From assembly GCA_009695535.1 (NCBI GenBank), contig SHZQ01000001.1, forward strand, positions 1 to 42,782: a stretch of DNA of 42,782 bases. The letters are read 5' to 3'. A program made the position numbers and the translations under genes. Shown here in pieces: positions 29,533 to 40,793 of this stretch; the first letter of the stretch is position 1; every line of letters starts with the position of its first letter. This DNA comes from Methyloglobulus sp. (GTDB lineage Bacteria > Pseudomonadota > Gammaproteobacteria > Methylococcales > Methylomonadaceae). The notes under the pieces are model-generated. The model saw nothing but the letters and a program-made list of their open reading frames with translations. It was not told where the DNA came from and made no database searches.

Positions 29533-30669
29533 ATGGCAAAAGAAGATTATTACAAACTACTGGGTGTTGAGCGCAACGCCAGCGATGCGGAGATCAAAAA
29601 AAGCTACCGCAGCATGGCGATGAAGTTCCATCCCGATAGAAATAAAGACAATCCGGAAGCAGCGGAAGTCAAATTCAAGCAAATAAAAGAAGCCTACGAA
29701 GTGCTATCTGATGCTCAAAAACGCTCGGCTTATGACCAATTCGGTCATGCCGGTGTCGATGGCTCGATGGGTGGCGGCGGACGCGGGGGCTTTACCGGCG
29801 AAAGTTTTAGCGACGTGTTTGGGGATGTCTTTGGCGATATTTTCGGCGGTGGCGGAAGGCAACGTAGCGGCCCGCAACGGGGTTCTGACGTCCGTTATAA
29901 CCTGGAGCTGAGCCTTGAAGAAGCCGTCGGCGGAACGGAATCCAAACTTCGCGTACCCGTCCTGGTAGCCTGTAAGGAATGCGATAGCACGGGCGCTAAA
30001 AAAGGCTCAAGACCCGTTATCTGCTCAACCTGTCATGGGCATGGTCAAGTGCGGATGCAGCAAGGCTTTTTTTCCGTTCAGCAAACCTGCCCAACTTGTC
30101 GTGGTTCTGGAAAACAGATTAAAGATCCCTGTGGCGTATGTCGTGGTGAAGGTCGTGCGCAAGAAACCAAAACACTGTCGGCAAAAATCCCCGCAGGTGT
30201 CGATACCGGAGACCGTATCCGTCTGGCTGGTGAAGGTGAAGCAGGTGAGCGTGGTGCTCCGGCTGGCGACTTATATGTACAGATTCACGTCAAAGACCAT
30301 GCAATTTTCACGCGTGATGGCGCAAACTTGTATTGTGAAGTCCCGATCAGTTTTGGCGCTGCCTGTTTGGGCGATGAAATCTCCGTACCGACTTTGCAAG
30401 GCAAAGTGATGTTAAAAGTGCCATCAGAAACCCAAACAGGCAAGTTGTTTCGCTTACGCGGCAAAGGTGTTAAGCCTGTGCGGGGCGGTGCAGTTGGCGA
30501 TTTGATCTGCAAAGTCAACATAGAAGTACCCGTGCATTTGACCAAGGAACAAAAAGCCTTGATTGAACAACTTAATACCTCATTGACTGGAGGCGGCAAA
30601 CAACACAGCCCACAGGAACATTCCTGGACAGACGGCGTAAAAAGTTTTTTCGATAAATTAACAGGATAA
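29533..30669 (+). CDS. dnaJ: Chaperone DnaJ
   Basis: J domain with HPD, G/F region and four CxxCxxxG repeats; ATG 29533 (MAKEDYY) preferred over the TTG at 29515. Confidence 0.98.
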   Translation: MAKEDYYKLLGVERNASDAEIKKSYRSMAMKFHPDRNKDNPEAAEVKFKQIKEAYEVLSDAQKRSAYDQFGHAGVDGSMGGGGRGGFTGESFSDVFGDVFGDIFGGGGRQRSGPQRGSDVRYNLELSLEEAVGGTESKLRVPVLVACKECDSTGAKKGSRPVICSTCHGHGQVRMQQGFFSVQQTCPTCRGSGKQIKDPCGVCRGEGRAQETKTLSAKIPAGVDTGDRIRLAGEGEAGERGAPAGDLYVQIHVKDHAIFTRDGANLYCEVPISFGAACLGDEISVPTLQGKVMLKVPSETQTGKLFRLRGKGVKPVRGGAVGDLICKVNIEVPVHLTKEQKALIEQLNTSLTGGGKQHSPQEHSWTDGVKSFFDKLTG

Positions 30670-31476
<807 letters not shown>

Positions 31477-31740
31477 GCTTTTCCTCCTTTCAATAACCGA
31501 GTAGATTACATTTAATAAACCATAAAACGACAATTTGCGTATCGGTCAGATTTGGTAATGTTGCTTCAAACTCCGATGATTTTGGTGCGTAAATCGCACT
31601 CTACTGGGCTGTATCGAAGCTGTTAAGTCGCGGAATACTTGTTTCACTTCATCAACACAGCTACGGTACAGCTTTGTGTAGGTAAATTGGCTGGTATAAT
31701 GCTGGGCTTTGCTATTCATTACGGCTAATACACCGAACAC

Positions 31741-32649
31741 ATGCACACCTTAATATCCAATCAAGACAATCGAGTTCTCCCAGTTGATGCTGAAATATCC
31801 AGCGCAGCATTACGTAAAGACACCGCGCATTATTATGACCAATGTTACTGGGATTATCTGCTCACATGGTGCAATAGGGATAATTTGGCGTTTCATTACG
31901 GTTATTGGGACAAAGAAACGCCGTATCAACACCACGAAGCACTGCTAAACAAAAACCAAGTGCTTTATCAGGCTGCTGGCATTAAGCCAGATGATAGGGT
32001 GCTAGATGCAGGTTGTGGTGTGGGTGGTAGCTCTATCTGGATGGCGAAAAACTACGGTAATCGGGCTACTGGTCTTACTGTGAGCAACCAACAGGCTATC
32101 TATGGCGGGCAACATGCCAAACGCCAAGGTGTTGGAGAATTGGTGGATTTTGAAGTTGCGGATTTTTGCCAAATGCCATTTGAAGACGAATCATTTGATG
32201 TTGTTTGGGCCTTGGAAAGCTCCTGCTACGCGGTTAACAAAGGCGATTTCTTGAAAGAAGCTTACCGAGTTTTACGTAAAGGCGGTCGTATCGTGGTGTG
32301 TGATGGCTTTTTTACGCGACGCGAATTCAATAAAGCAGAATGGAAAGAAATAATCACTTGTCTGAACGGTTGGGCAGTTCCCAATTTGTGTATTAAGGAT
32401 GAATTCAGCGGCATGTTGGAACAAAATGGCTTTCATGACGTTTCGATGCGTGATCTCACCCCGCAAACCATGGATTCTATCAATTACATGCTCAAGGTAG
32501 CAAAACGCTTGCATCCGATTCAAAAGCTCAGTGAGTGGTTAGGTCTTCGTACCGAAGGGCAAACAGCAAACTATTGGGTGGGTGTCGCACAACACTATTT
32601 ATTCACCCAGAATTTGACGGCGTACTGTATTTTTACGGCACAAAAGTAA
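31741..32649 (+). CDS. Class I SAM-dependent methyltransferase (tocopherol/sterol methyltransferase-like)
   Basis: FHYGYW, VLDAGCGVGG, FDVVWALES and RVLRKGG. Confidence 0.85.
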   Translation: MHTLISNQDNRVLPVDAEISSAALRKDTAHYYDQCYWDYLLTWCNRDNLAFHYGYWDKETPYQHHEALLNKNQVLYQAAGIKPDDRVLDAGCGVGGSSIWMAKNYGNRATGLTVSNQQAIYGGQHAKRQGVGELVDFEVADFCQMPFEDESFDVVWALESSCYAVNKGDFLKEAYRVLRKGGRIVVCDGFFTRREFNKAEWKEIITCLNGWAVPNLCIKDEFSGMLEQNGFHDVSMRDLTPQTMDSINYMLKVAKRLHPIQKLSEWLGLRTEGQTANYWVGVAQHYLFTQNLTAYCIFTAQK

Positions 32650-32728
32650 GGCCCGTATGACGCAATGCGAAAAGCTTATTTACTGGACGACGATAAAAAC
32701 CCTTGCAGAAGTGGTCGTATTTAGCTTT

Positions 32729-32838
32729 GGAAACTCTGAATAAGTCCTTCGACAAGCTCAGGACGAACGGTAAGATGCTGATTCCGTTCGTGGTGAGCTT
32801 GTCGAACCATGAATGGAATCAACTTATTCAGATTTTCC
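32729..32838. mobile_element. 110-bp MITE with IS5-like terminal inverted repeats enclosing a REP-like dyad
   Basis: TIRs GGAAACTCTGAATAAGT / ACTTATTCAGATTTTCC (16/17 match), CTAG on the right flank; internal CTTCGACAAGCTCAGGACGAACGG ... CCGTTCGTGGTGAGCTTGTCGAA. Confidence 0.7.
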
Positions 32839-32890
32839 CTAGATATGCTGTACATCAGCACATAATAACCTTACTTTTTATGTTTTTGTT

Positions 32891-33175
32891 TTACCCATTG
32901 AGGTTGCACTTTACTGAGCTATAGATTTTAAGTAGGTCAGAATGCTGACGCATGATTGAATTTCGTTGCAGGTACTCTAACTGACTTTGCTGATCCTGTA
33001 ACAGCAGTTGCCTGCGATATTGATCTTGTGATTGAAGTTGTTGCTGGGTTAGTACGTGCTGATTCTGAACCTGCTGCCAAAAATTGTCTTGAAACCCACC
33101 TGGCGGATAAGTTAATCGAGGTGCGGCAAATGCGGAAAAGCTTATAAAAACCAACAGTAGTCTTAATATAATCAA
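32891..33175 (-). CDS. Small glutamine-rich secreted protein, hypothetical
   Basis: Signal peptide ending AFA-A followed by a Q-rich segment. Confidence 0.5.
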   Translation of the reverse strand: MIILRLLLVFISFSAFAAPRLTYPPGGFQDNFWQQVQNQHVLTQQQLQSQDQYRRQLLLQDQQSQLEYLQRNSIMRQHSDLLKIYSSVKCNLNG

Positions 33176-33327
33176 TCCAGATAGTTGTTGCTAAAGAATA
33201 TCACTTTTGGAAATGCTACAGCGATAGACCTCAAGAAAGTTTAGTATAAAAGCGGTATCATTTAGTGCCGTATAGAATCAGAAAGTTTCATTTGATGTTA
33301 TGGAAATTCTGAGCTTATCGCGGGATT

Positions 33328-34062
33328 ATGCAGAGATTTCTTAAGTTACCGTTCATGCTACCTATGCGAGTTAAAAAACAAACACTATTCAACATTTTGT
33401 GTTTATTGTTACTGCTGACAATAACACCCAAGCTCTACGCTCATGGCGTTGATGCCAACACACAGAATTTTCTATCAGTTAATCAAGGTGTTGCGATTGG
33501 TCCATTCCTTTACATCGGTGCGAAGCATATGCTGACCGGGTACGATCACCTGTTGTTTATGGTTGGCGTTATCTTCTTTTTGTTTAGGGTACGCGATGTA
33601 CTTATTTATGTCAGCCTGTTTACCTTGGGACACAGTTTGACCTTATTGTTTGGCGTGCTACAAGGAGTTCATGTCAATTCTTATCTTGTTGATGCCATTA
33701 TTGGCTTGTCTATTGTCTACAAAGCGTTTGATAATCTGGGTGGTTTCAGGAAAATTCTGGGTTTTCAGCCGAATAATAAGATTGCGGTTGCTATTTTTGG
33801 ATTATTTCACGGTTTTGGTTTGGCAACCAAGCTACAGGATTTTGCCTTACCTAAAGCCAGCTTATGGAAAAACCTGCTGGCTTTTAATGTCGGCGTGGAA
33901 GTCGGGCAGTTTGTCGCCCTGTTTTTCATTTTGATTGCTCTGGGATATTGGCGCAGACAGCTCAGTTTTTACAGTTTTGCTACCATCACCAATACCTTGT
34001 TGATGACGGGTGGATTGATTTTATTTGGTTACCAGCTAACCGGTTATATTGTGTACAGTTAA
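33328..34062 (+). CDS. HupE/UreJ family membrane protein (putative Ni/Co transporter)
   Basis: YAHG after the signal, KHMLTGYDHLLF, FTLGHSLTL, FGLFHGFGLA and FNVGVEVGQ. The true start may be a downstream Met. Confidence 0.88.
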   Translation: MQRFLKLPFMLPMRVKKQTLFNILCLLLLLTITPKLYAHGVDANTQNFLSVNQGVAIGPFLYIGAKHMLTGYDHLLFMVGVIFFLFRVRDVLIYVSLFTLGHSLTLLFGVLQGVHVNSYLVDAIIGLSIVYKAFDNLGGFRKILGFQPNNKIAVAIFGLFHGFGLATKLQDFALPKASLWKNLLAFNVGVEVGQFVALFFILIALGYWRRQLSFYSFATITNTLLMTGGLILFGYQLTGYIVYS

Positions 34063-34066
34063 CGCC

Positions 34067-34678
34067 ATGAATCCAGAAAATATCCCCGTACAATCAACAA
34101 AATCGCTGATTAACGCCAGCTTATTGGCGGTATTGTTAGCGTTGCTTATTCTGTTTACAGCCGTACTTCCCGCTGAATATGGCATCGATCCAACTGGATT
34201 AGGCAAGAAGTTTGGGCTTAACGTGCTTGCAGAGCAATCATCTCAGACAGCCAGAAACTGTCCAGAAGTAACGCTAGCAAAGGCTGGAGATAAGGCGATA
34301 GAAAGTAACGCCAACCAAGCATCAGCTACTGACTCCCTACAAACTGATGTAGCAGTAGAGCGCAATGATACTGTGTCGATTGTCATTCCACCCCAAAAAG
34401 GGCTTGAGTATAAGTTTTACATGGAGCGGGATTACGCGCTGGATTATTCATGGAAAACCGATGGTAAGCCGGTTTATTTCGATTTTCACGGCGAACCTAA
34501 AGGTGCCAAGAATGGCTATTTCAAAAGCTATGTTACTGCCACAGATAGCAAGTCCAGTGGCTCGTTAATGACCCCGTTTGAAGGCATACACGGTTGGTTC
34601 TGGGAAAACACCAGCGATAAATCCATTACCATTCAGTTAAATACCAAGGGTGTTTATAAGATTATGGGCGTGATGTAG
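34067..34678 (+). CDS. Membrane-anchored periplasmic protein partnered with HupE/UreJ
   Basis: TM anchor plus VLPAEYGIDPTGLG, FDFHGE and GIHGWFWEN; ATG 4 nt after the HupE/UreJ stop. Confidence 0.78.
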   Translation: MNPENIPVQSTKSLINASLLAVLLALLILFTAVLPAEYGIDPTGLGKKFGLNVLAEQSSQTARNCPEVTLAKAGDKAIESNANQASATDSLQTDVAVERNDTVSIVIPPQKGLEYKFYMERDYALDYSWKTDGKPVYFDFHGEPKGAKNGYFKSYVTATDSKSSGSLMTPFEGIHGWFWENTSDKSITIQLNTKGVYKIMGVM

Positions 34679-34711
34679 TGTTATCTTGATAAGCGATTCC
34701 TTAAATTGTTA

Positions 34712-34796
34712 ATGACCAAAATACCAAAATCCCGTAAAATCGCATCGATTTAAGTTTTTTATAACGGGATGCAGTCGTCAGGTTTCATCCCGTTTT
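34712..34796 (+). promoter_or_regulatory. carA promoter and leader hairpin (possible attenuator)
   Basis: ATGACC-17 bp-TAAAAT, then a T-rich start region and AACGGGATG...CATCCCGTT-TT hairpin ahead of the SD. Confidence 0.5.
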
Positions 34797-34816
34797 GCAC
34801 ATTTAAGGTGACGTGT

Positions 34817-35950
34817 TTGGCTAAGTCCGCAGTTTTGGTTTTGGAGGATGGAACGGTATTTAATGGCGTTGGCATCGGTGCTGACGGCTATTCCGTCGGC
34901 GAAGTCGTGTTTAATACGGCGATGACGGGTTATCAGGAAATTCTCAGTGATTCTTCCTACGCCCAGCAAATTGTAACGTTAACGTATCCACATATCGGCA
35001 ATGTTGGCACGACCAGCGAAGATGACGAGTCGGCAAAAGTGTTCGCCAGCGGCTTGGTCATCAGGGACTTGCCTTTGCTGGCGAGTAACTGGCGCAATGA
35101 AAAGACCCTGCAACAGTATTTGCTAGATAATCAAGTAGTTGCTATTGCCGACATTGATACCCGCAAACTGACTCGTTTGTTGCGCGATAAAGGCGCACAA
35201 CGCGGATGTATTGCGGCAGGTGAAACGGTTGATGTTGAAAAAGCCAAGCTTATGATTGAGGGTTTTCCTGGCTTGAAGGGAATGGATTTGGCAAAAGTGG
35301 TCACTACCGATAAGCCCTACGAATGGACAGAGAATATCTGGGATTTGCACTTAGGCCATACTCAAGGTGAAAATTTATCAAAGCATGTGGTTGCTTACGA
35401 TTTCGGTATCAAACGTAATATATTAAGGTTATTGGTCAATCGAGGTTGCCGAGTGACGGTTGTACCTGCAACGACCACTGCAGATGCAGTATTGGCAATG
35501 AATCCCGATGGCGTGTTTTTGTCCAATGGGCCTGGTGATCCTGAGCCTTGCACGTATGCGGTAGAGGCTATCAAGTCGATATTGAAAACAAATATTCCGG
35601 TGTTTGGTATTTGCTTAGGCCATCAATTGCTGGCATTGGCAAGTGGTGCAAAAACCGAGAAGATGAAGTTCGGTCATCATGGCGCGAATCATCCAGTGCA
35701 ACATAAGGCAACAGGACGCGTGTTGATTAGTAGTCAAAACCACGGTTTTGCCGTCAATGCAGCCAGTCTTCCCGATAATGTAGAAGCCACGCATCATTCG
35801 CTATTCGATGGTAGCTTACAAGGCATTCGCCGTACTGACTGTAAAGCATTCAGTTTTCAAGGTCATCCCGAAGCCAGTCCGGGGCCACACGATGTGGGGG
35901 GTTTGTTCGATAAGTTCATCGACATGATCAATCAAGTCAGCAAACACTAA
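34817..35950 (+). CDS. carA: Carbamoyl-phosphate synthase small subunit
   Basis: [29 protein letters not shown] and [13 protein letters not shown]; TTG start at 34817 with SD AAGGTG. Confidence 0.98.
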   Translation: MAKSAVLVLEDGTVFNGVGIGADGYSVGEVVFNTAMTGYQEILSDSSYAQQIVTLTYPHIGNVGTTSEDDESAKVFASGLVIRDLPLLASNWRNEKTLQQYLLDNQVVAIADIDTRKLTRLLRDKGAQRGCIAAGETVDVEKAKLMIEGFPGLKGMDLAKVVTTDKPYEWTENIWDLHLGHTQGENLSKHVVAYDFGIKRNILRLLVNRGCRVTVVPATTTADAVLAMNPDGVFLSNGPGDPEPCTYAVEAIKSILKTNIPVFGICLGHQLLALASGAKTEKMKFGHHGANHPVQHKATGRVLISSQNHGFAVNAASLPDNVEATHHSLFDGSLQGIRRTDCKAFSFQGHPEASPGPHDVGGLFDKFIDMINQVSKH

Positions 35951-35970
35951 TCAGTTTAGCAGTAGATAAA

Positions 35971-38900
35971 ATGCCAAAAAGAACCGACATAAAATCGATA
36001 TTGTTATTGGGCGCAGGGCCGATTGTGATTGGTCAAGCCTGCGAGTTTGACTATTCCGGCACTCAGGCTTGCAAAGCGTTACGGGAAGAAGGCTATCGCG
36101 TCATCCTGGTGAATTCCAACCCTGCCACGATCATGACCGATCCAGATATGGCGGACAGGATTTACATCGAGCCTATCGACTGGCAAACCGTAGAAAAAAT
36201 TATCGAGAAAGAGCGTCCCGATGCCATATTGCCTACGATGGGCGGACAAACGGCGTTGAATTGTGCGCTAGACCTTGATGCTCACGGGGTGTTGGCGAAA
36301 TATAACGTGGAAATGATCGGCGCGACCAAAGAGGCAATCAACAAGGCTGAAGACCGTGATCTGTTCAATCAAGCCATGCGGAAAATCGGTTTTGAAGTCG
36401 CCAAGTCCAAGACCGCCCATACCATTGAAGAAGCACTTGCCGCACAGCTAGAAGTCGGTTACCCGACCGTTATACGCCCCTCGTTTACGATGGGCGGCAG
36501 TGGCGGCGGTATTGCTTATAACAAGGAAGAGTTTCTTGAAATCTGCGAGCGCGGCTTGTATCTGTCGCCGACTAACGAATTGTTGATTGAAGAATCCGTG
36601 TTGGGATGGAAAGAATTCGAAATGGAAGTGGTGCGTGATTCCAAAGATAATTGCATCATCGTTTGTTCGATTGAAAATTTTGACCCGATGGGTGTACACA
36701 CTGGAGATTCGATTACAGTCGCCCCCGCGCAAACCTTGACTGATAAGGAATACCAAATCCTCCGTAATGTCTCTGTTGCCGTGTTGCGCGAGATTGGTGT
36801 GGATACTGGTGGTTCTAACGTCCAAGTGGCTATCAATCCAGTCGATGGACGCATGATAGTTATCGAAATGAATCCGAGAGTATCGCGCTCGTCCGCATTG
36901 GCATCAAAAGCGACAGGCTTTCCTATTGCTAAAGTGGCAGCAAAGCTGGCGGTTGGTTATACGCTAGATGAGTTGAAAAATGAGATTACTGGCGGCGTAA
37001 CACCGGCCTCGTTTGAGCCATCAATTGATTACGTGGTGACCAAAATACCGCGCTTTACCTTCGAGAAATTCCCGCAAGCCGATGACCGCTTGACGACGCA
37101 AATGAAGTCGGTTGGCGAGGTGATGGCGATTGGCCGTACTTTTCAGGAGTCTTTGCAAAAAGCCTTGCGCGGATTGGAGATCGGTATTAGCGGTCTGGAT
37201 GAGATTGTTGACTTACAAGCTGAGGATGCCCACGACAAAATCCAACGCGAACTACGTCATCCTGGGCCAGATCGATTACGCTATGTGGCAGATGGTTTTC
37301 GTGGCGGCATGACTTTGGATGAAGTCCATAATGCCAGCAAAATCGATCCCTGGTTTCTGGCGCAAGTGCAGGATTTGGTTATTACCGAGCAATCACTGGC
37401 GACCAAAACCTTATCGACCCTGAAAAAAGGTGAGCTGTACAATCTTAAGCGCAAAGGCTTTTCCGATATACGTTTGGCAAAATTGCTGGATACGTCTGAA
37501 TCTGAAGTCCGCAATGTGCGGCATAAGCAAAATATCCGGCCAGTTTATAAGCGGATTGATTCCTGTGCGGCAGAATTTTCTTCCGACACGGCTTACCTGT
37601 ATTCCACTTACGAAGAAGAATGCGAAGCGCGGGTTACTGATAAGGAAAAAATTATTATTCTCGGTGGTGGGCCAAACCGCATAGGGCAAGGCATAGAATT
37701 TGATTATTGCTGCGTCCATGCCGCATTAGCATTGCGCGAAGATGGCTATGAAACCATCATGATTAATTGCAATCCAGAAACCGTATCGACTGATTTTGAT
37801 ACCTCAGACCGCTTGTATTTTGAATCTTTAACCTTGGAAGATGTGCTGGAAATCGTGCATCTGGAAAAACCAAAAGGCGTGATCGTGCAATACGGCGGTC
37901 AAACGCCTTTAAAACTGGCTAGGGCATTAGAAGCGGCGGGTGTACCGATTATCGGCACGTCACCAGATTCAATCGACTTAGCGGAAGACCGTGAACGCTT
38001 TCAGAAATTGCTGGAAAGATTGGGCTTGAAACAACCACCCAATGCCACGGCGCGTTCGGTTGAGCAAGCGATAAATGCGGCGAAAGAGCTGGGTTATCCT
38101 CTGGTTGTGCGCCCATCTTATGTTTTAGGCGGTCGGGCGATGGAAATTGTCGTCAATGAAGAAGGCTTACAACGCTACATGAAAGAAGCGGTGAGCGTGT
38201 CGAACGATTCGCCCGTGTTGCTGGATCGCTTTCTTGATGATGCCGTCGAGATGGATGTCGATGCGATTTATGACGGTGAACGGGTGCTGATTGGCGGTGT
38301 GATGGAACATATCGAGCAAGCAGGTGTGCATTCGGGCGATTCTGCTTGTTCATTGCCGCCCTACGAACTAGCGCAGGATCTTCAAGATCAAGTGCGTGAG
38401 CAAGTCGGCAGAATGGCGGAGGCATTGGGTGTACGAGGATTGATGAATGTCCAGTTTGCCATTCAAGGACAGGATATATATGTGCTGGAAGTGAATCCTA
38501 GAGCTTCACGTACCACGCCGTTTGTGTCGAAAGCGACGGGTTATCCGCTTGCGAAAATAGCCGCTCGGTGCATGGTCGGCAAGACCTTGATGCAACAAGG
38601 TATCACTAAAGAGCGCATCCCTGATTACTATTCCGTCAAAGAAGCTGTATTCCCGTTTGTTAAATTTCCTGGCGTTGATCCGTTATTAGGCCCAGAAATG
38701 AAATCAACTGGCGAAGTCATGGGCATAGGGAAAACCTTTGGTGAGGCGTTTGCGAAATCACAACGGGCGGCGGGTATTAATTTGAATGCCAGCGGTAAGG
38801 TATTGATAAGCATAAGAGATAAAGATAAAGCCAAAGCCCCAGAGATTGCCAAAATGCTGGTCGGCAAGAATTACCAAATCGTTGCAACAGGCGGCACGGC

Positions 38901-39189
38901 GAAATTTCTCCAGCAGGCGGGATTTCCCTGTGAAGTCGTTTATAAAGTCAATGAAGGTCGTCCTAATACCGTTGACATGATTAAAAACGACCAAATACAG
39001 CTCATCATCAATACCACCGAAGGCAAAAAAGCCATATCGGATTCATTCACCATGCGGCGAGAAGCATTACAACATCGCGTAACCTATTACACTACGATGG
39101 CAGGTGCGAAAGCGGCCTGTTATGCCTTGGGTGAGCTGGATGCCGGCGATGTCAATTGTTTGCAGGATTTGCATAACAGTTTGACTTAA
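35971..39189 (+). CDS. carB: Carbamoyl-phosphate synthase large subunit
   Basis: [21 protein letters not shown], duplicated ATP-grasp domains and C-terminal MGS domain; 1072 aa. Confidence 0.99.
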   Translation: MPKRTDIKSILLLGAGPIVIGQACEFDYSGTQACKALREEGYRVILVNSNPATIMTDPDMADRIYIEPIDWQTVEKIIEKERPDAILPTMGGQTALNCALDLDAHGVLAKYNVEMIGATKEAINKAEDRDLFNQAMRKIGFEVAKSKTAHTIEEALAAQLEVGYPTVIRPSFTMGGSGGGIAYNKEEFLEICERGLYLSPTNELLIEESVLGWKEFEMEVVRDSKDNCIIVCSIENFDPMGVHTGDSITVAPAQTLTDKEYQILRNVSVAVLREIGVDTGGSNVQVAINPVDGRMIVIEMNPRVSRSSALASKATGFPIAKVAAKLAVGYTLDELKNEITGGVTPASFEPSIDYVVTKIPRFTFEKFPQADDRLTTQMKSVGEVMAIGRTFQESLQKALRGLEIGISGLDEIVDLQAEDAHDKIQRELRHPGPDRLRYVADGFRGGMTLDEVHNASKIDPWFLAQVQDLVITEQSLATKTLSTLKKGELYNLKRKGFSDIRLAKLLDTSESEVRNVRHKQNIRPVYKRIDSCAAEFSSDTAYLYSTYEEECEARVTDKEKIIILGGGPNRIGQGIEFDYCCVHAALALREDGYETIMINCNPETVSTDFDTSDRLYFESLTLEDVLEIVHLEKPKGVIVQYGGQTPLKLARALEAAGVPIIGTSPDSIDLAEDRERFQKLLERLGLKQPPNATARSVEQAINAAKELGYPLVVRPSYVLGGRAMEIVVNEEGLQRYMKEAVSVSNDSPVLLDRFLDDAVEMDVDAIYDGERVLIGGVMEHIEQAGVHSGDSACSLPPYELAQDLQDQVREQVGRMAEALGVRGLMNVQFAIQGQDIYVLEVNPRASRTTPFVSKATGYPLAKIAARCMVGKTLMQQGITKERIPDYYSVKEAVFPFVKFPGVDPLLGPEMKSTGEVMGIGKTFGEAFAKSQRAAGINLNASGKVLISIRDKDKAKAPEIAKMLVGKNYQIVATGGTAKFLQQAGFPCEVVYKVNEGRPNTVDMIKNDQIQLIINTTEGKKAISDSFTMRREALQHRVTYYTTMAGAKAACYALGELDAGDVNCLQDLHNSLT

Positions 39190-39223
39190 ATAAAGAAATT
39201 CCACAATTGGAGTAGTATTTGTA

Positions 39224-39700
39224 ATGAATAAAGCACCCTTGACAGTAAAAGGCGCGGAAAAGCTACGGGCAGAATTAGAAGAATTAAAATCCGTTGTTCG
39301 TCCACGCATTATTGCGTCTATCGCTACCGCGCGCGCGCATGGCGATTTAAAAGAAAATGCCGAATACCACGCCGCCAAAGAGCAACAAAGTTTTGCCGAA
39401 GGGCGTATTGGTGAAATTGAAGGCAAACTGTCTAACGCGCAAATTATTGACATTACCAAAGTTGATGCCAATGGCAAAGTTGTGTTCGGTGCGACGGTCG
39501 AAATAGAAGGTGTTGAGTCTGAAAAACGGGTTATCTATAAAATTGTTGGTGAAGATGAAGCCAGTATTAAAGAAGGTCGTATTTCGATTGGATCACCCAT
39601 TGCCAGGGCATTAATCGGGAAACAAGTTGAAGATGTTGTTACCGTGAAAGCGCCAGGTGGCAATGTGGATTATGAGATTATTTCGATAGAGTATGTTTAA
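39224..39700 (+). CDS. greA: Transcription elongation factor GreA
   Basis: [18 protein letters not shown] and [10 protein letters not shown]. Confidence 0.98.
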   Translation: MNKAPLTVKGAEKLRAELEELKSVVRPRIIASIATARAHGDLKENAEYHAAKEQQSFAEGRIGEIEGKLSNAQIIDITKVDANGKVVFGATVEIEGVESEKRVIYKIVGEDEASIKEGRISIGSPIARALIGKQVEDVVTVKAPGGNVDYEIISIEYV

Positions 39701-39729
39701 AACAGACTCAAGGCGCAGGGCGAAAAAAG

Positions 39730-39996
39730 CTACTTCTTTGGGTTTAGTCGGTATATGACGGTTACTTGACCGATACTTTGGATCAACTCAGCACCTGTTG
39801 AAACACATATTTTTTCGCTAATTTGCTTGCGGTCATCCCGTTCAGCACGGATTTTTACTTTAATCAGTTCGTGAGTATTGAGTGCGATTTCCGTTTCTGC
39901 CAACACAGCATCGGTCAATCCAGCCTGGCCTACAATAATCACGGGTTTTAAGCCGTGCGCTTGTGCCTTTAGTTTTTTCTTGCTTGCCGCATCCAT
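39730..39996 (-). CDS. yhbY: RNA-binding CRM-domain protein YhbY
   Basis: AHGLKPVIIVG, HELIKVK and QSIG...IYR; divergent from rlmE. Confidence 0.93.
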   Translation of the reverse strand: MDAASKKKLKAQAHGLKPVIIVGQAGLTDAVLAETEIALNTHELIKVKIRAERDDRKQISEKICVSTGAELIQSIGQVTVIYRLNPKK

Positions 39997-40040
39997 GATG
40001 TTAACCTTAAATAAACCGCCGATTTTACACTAAAAGACAA

Positions 40041-40658
40041 ATGAGCCGAAGTAAAAGCAGCAGTCGCTGGATGCAGGAACATTTCGATGACGAATATGTC
40101 AAAATGGCTCAGGTGCAGGGCTATCGGTCACGGGCAGTTTTTAAGCTCAAGGAAATCCAGGAAAAAGACAAATTCATTAAACCTGGCATGAATGTCATTG
40201 ATTTAGGCGCGGCTCCTGGCGGATGGTCGCAGTTTGCTCGTCCTCTGCTGGGCAAAAAGAGCAAACTTATCGCTTTGGACATATTGCCTATGGAAGCTAT
40301 TGAAGGCGTGGTTTTCATTCAGGGTGATTTCCGTGAAGCGGCTGTTTTAGATGAATTAACGACAGTTCTTGCTGCTGCTCCCGTTGATATCGTGCTGTCT
40401 GATATGGCTCCCAATATGAGCGGCAGTAAAGGCATAGACCAGCCAAATGCCATGTATCTTGCTGAATTAGCACTGGATACGGCAAAAACCGTGCTAGTGA
40501 AAGGCGGCGACTTTTTGGTTAAAGTGTTTCAAGGTGAGGGTTTTGAAGTTTTTCATCGCGATGTGCAACAGCATTTTGAAAAAGTCGTCATCAGAAAACC
40601 TAAAGCGTCACGACCAAGAAGCAACGAAGTTTATCTTTTGGGAAAAGGCTTTAAATAA
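40041..40658 (+). CDS. rlmE: 23S rRNA Um2552 methyltransferase
   Basis: [26 protein letters not shown] and KPKASR..S.EVY. Confidence 0.97.
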   Translation: MSRSKSSSRWMQEHFDDEYVKMAQVQGYRSRAVFKLKEIQEKDKFIKPGMNVIDLGAAPGGWSQFARPLLGKKSKLIALDILPMEAIEGVVFIQGDFREAAVLDELTTVLAAAPVDIVLSDMAPNMSGSKGIDQPNAMYLAELALDTAKTVLVKGGDFLVKVFQGEGFEVFHRDVQQHFEKVVIRKPKASRPRSNEVYLLGKGFK

Positions 40659-40793
40659 AGCTTCATCGTCCCCATAACATCAAAAAAACCTTATGGGGAA
40701 TATGAAAGTAAGTAATGCAGGACAGTCAGGATGCTCGCGCCCTGATATAATTAAAGCTGTTTTTAACCGAGCCGTTCAGGTCTGGGGCGTATA

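Noticed and set aside
32703-32924. 73-aa ORF with KSFDKLRTNG...PFVVSLSNH
   Set aside because: It is a translation of the MITE/REP repeat, a typical spurious ORF.
33281-33310. Possible Zur/Fur-like box upstream of the HupE/UreJ gene
   Set aside because: Only a half-site (ATGTTAT) is present, with no convincing dyad.
34769-34816. N-terminal extension of CarA in the ORF track
   Set aside because: It overlaps the leader hairpin; TTG at 34817 with an SD matches the usual CarA N-terminus.
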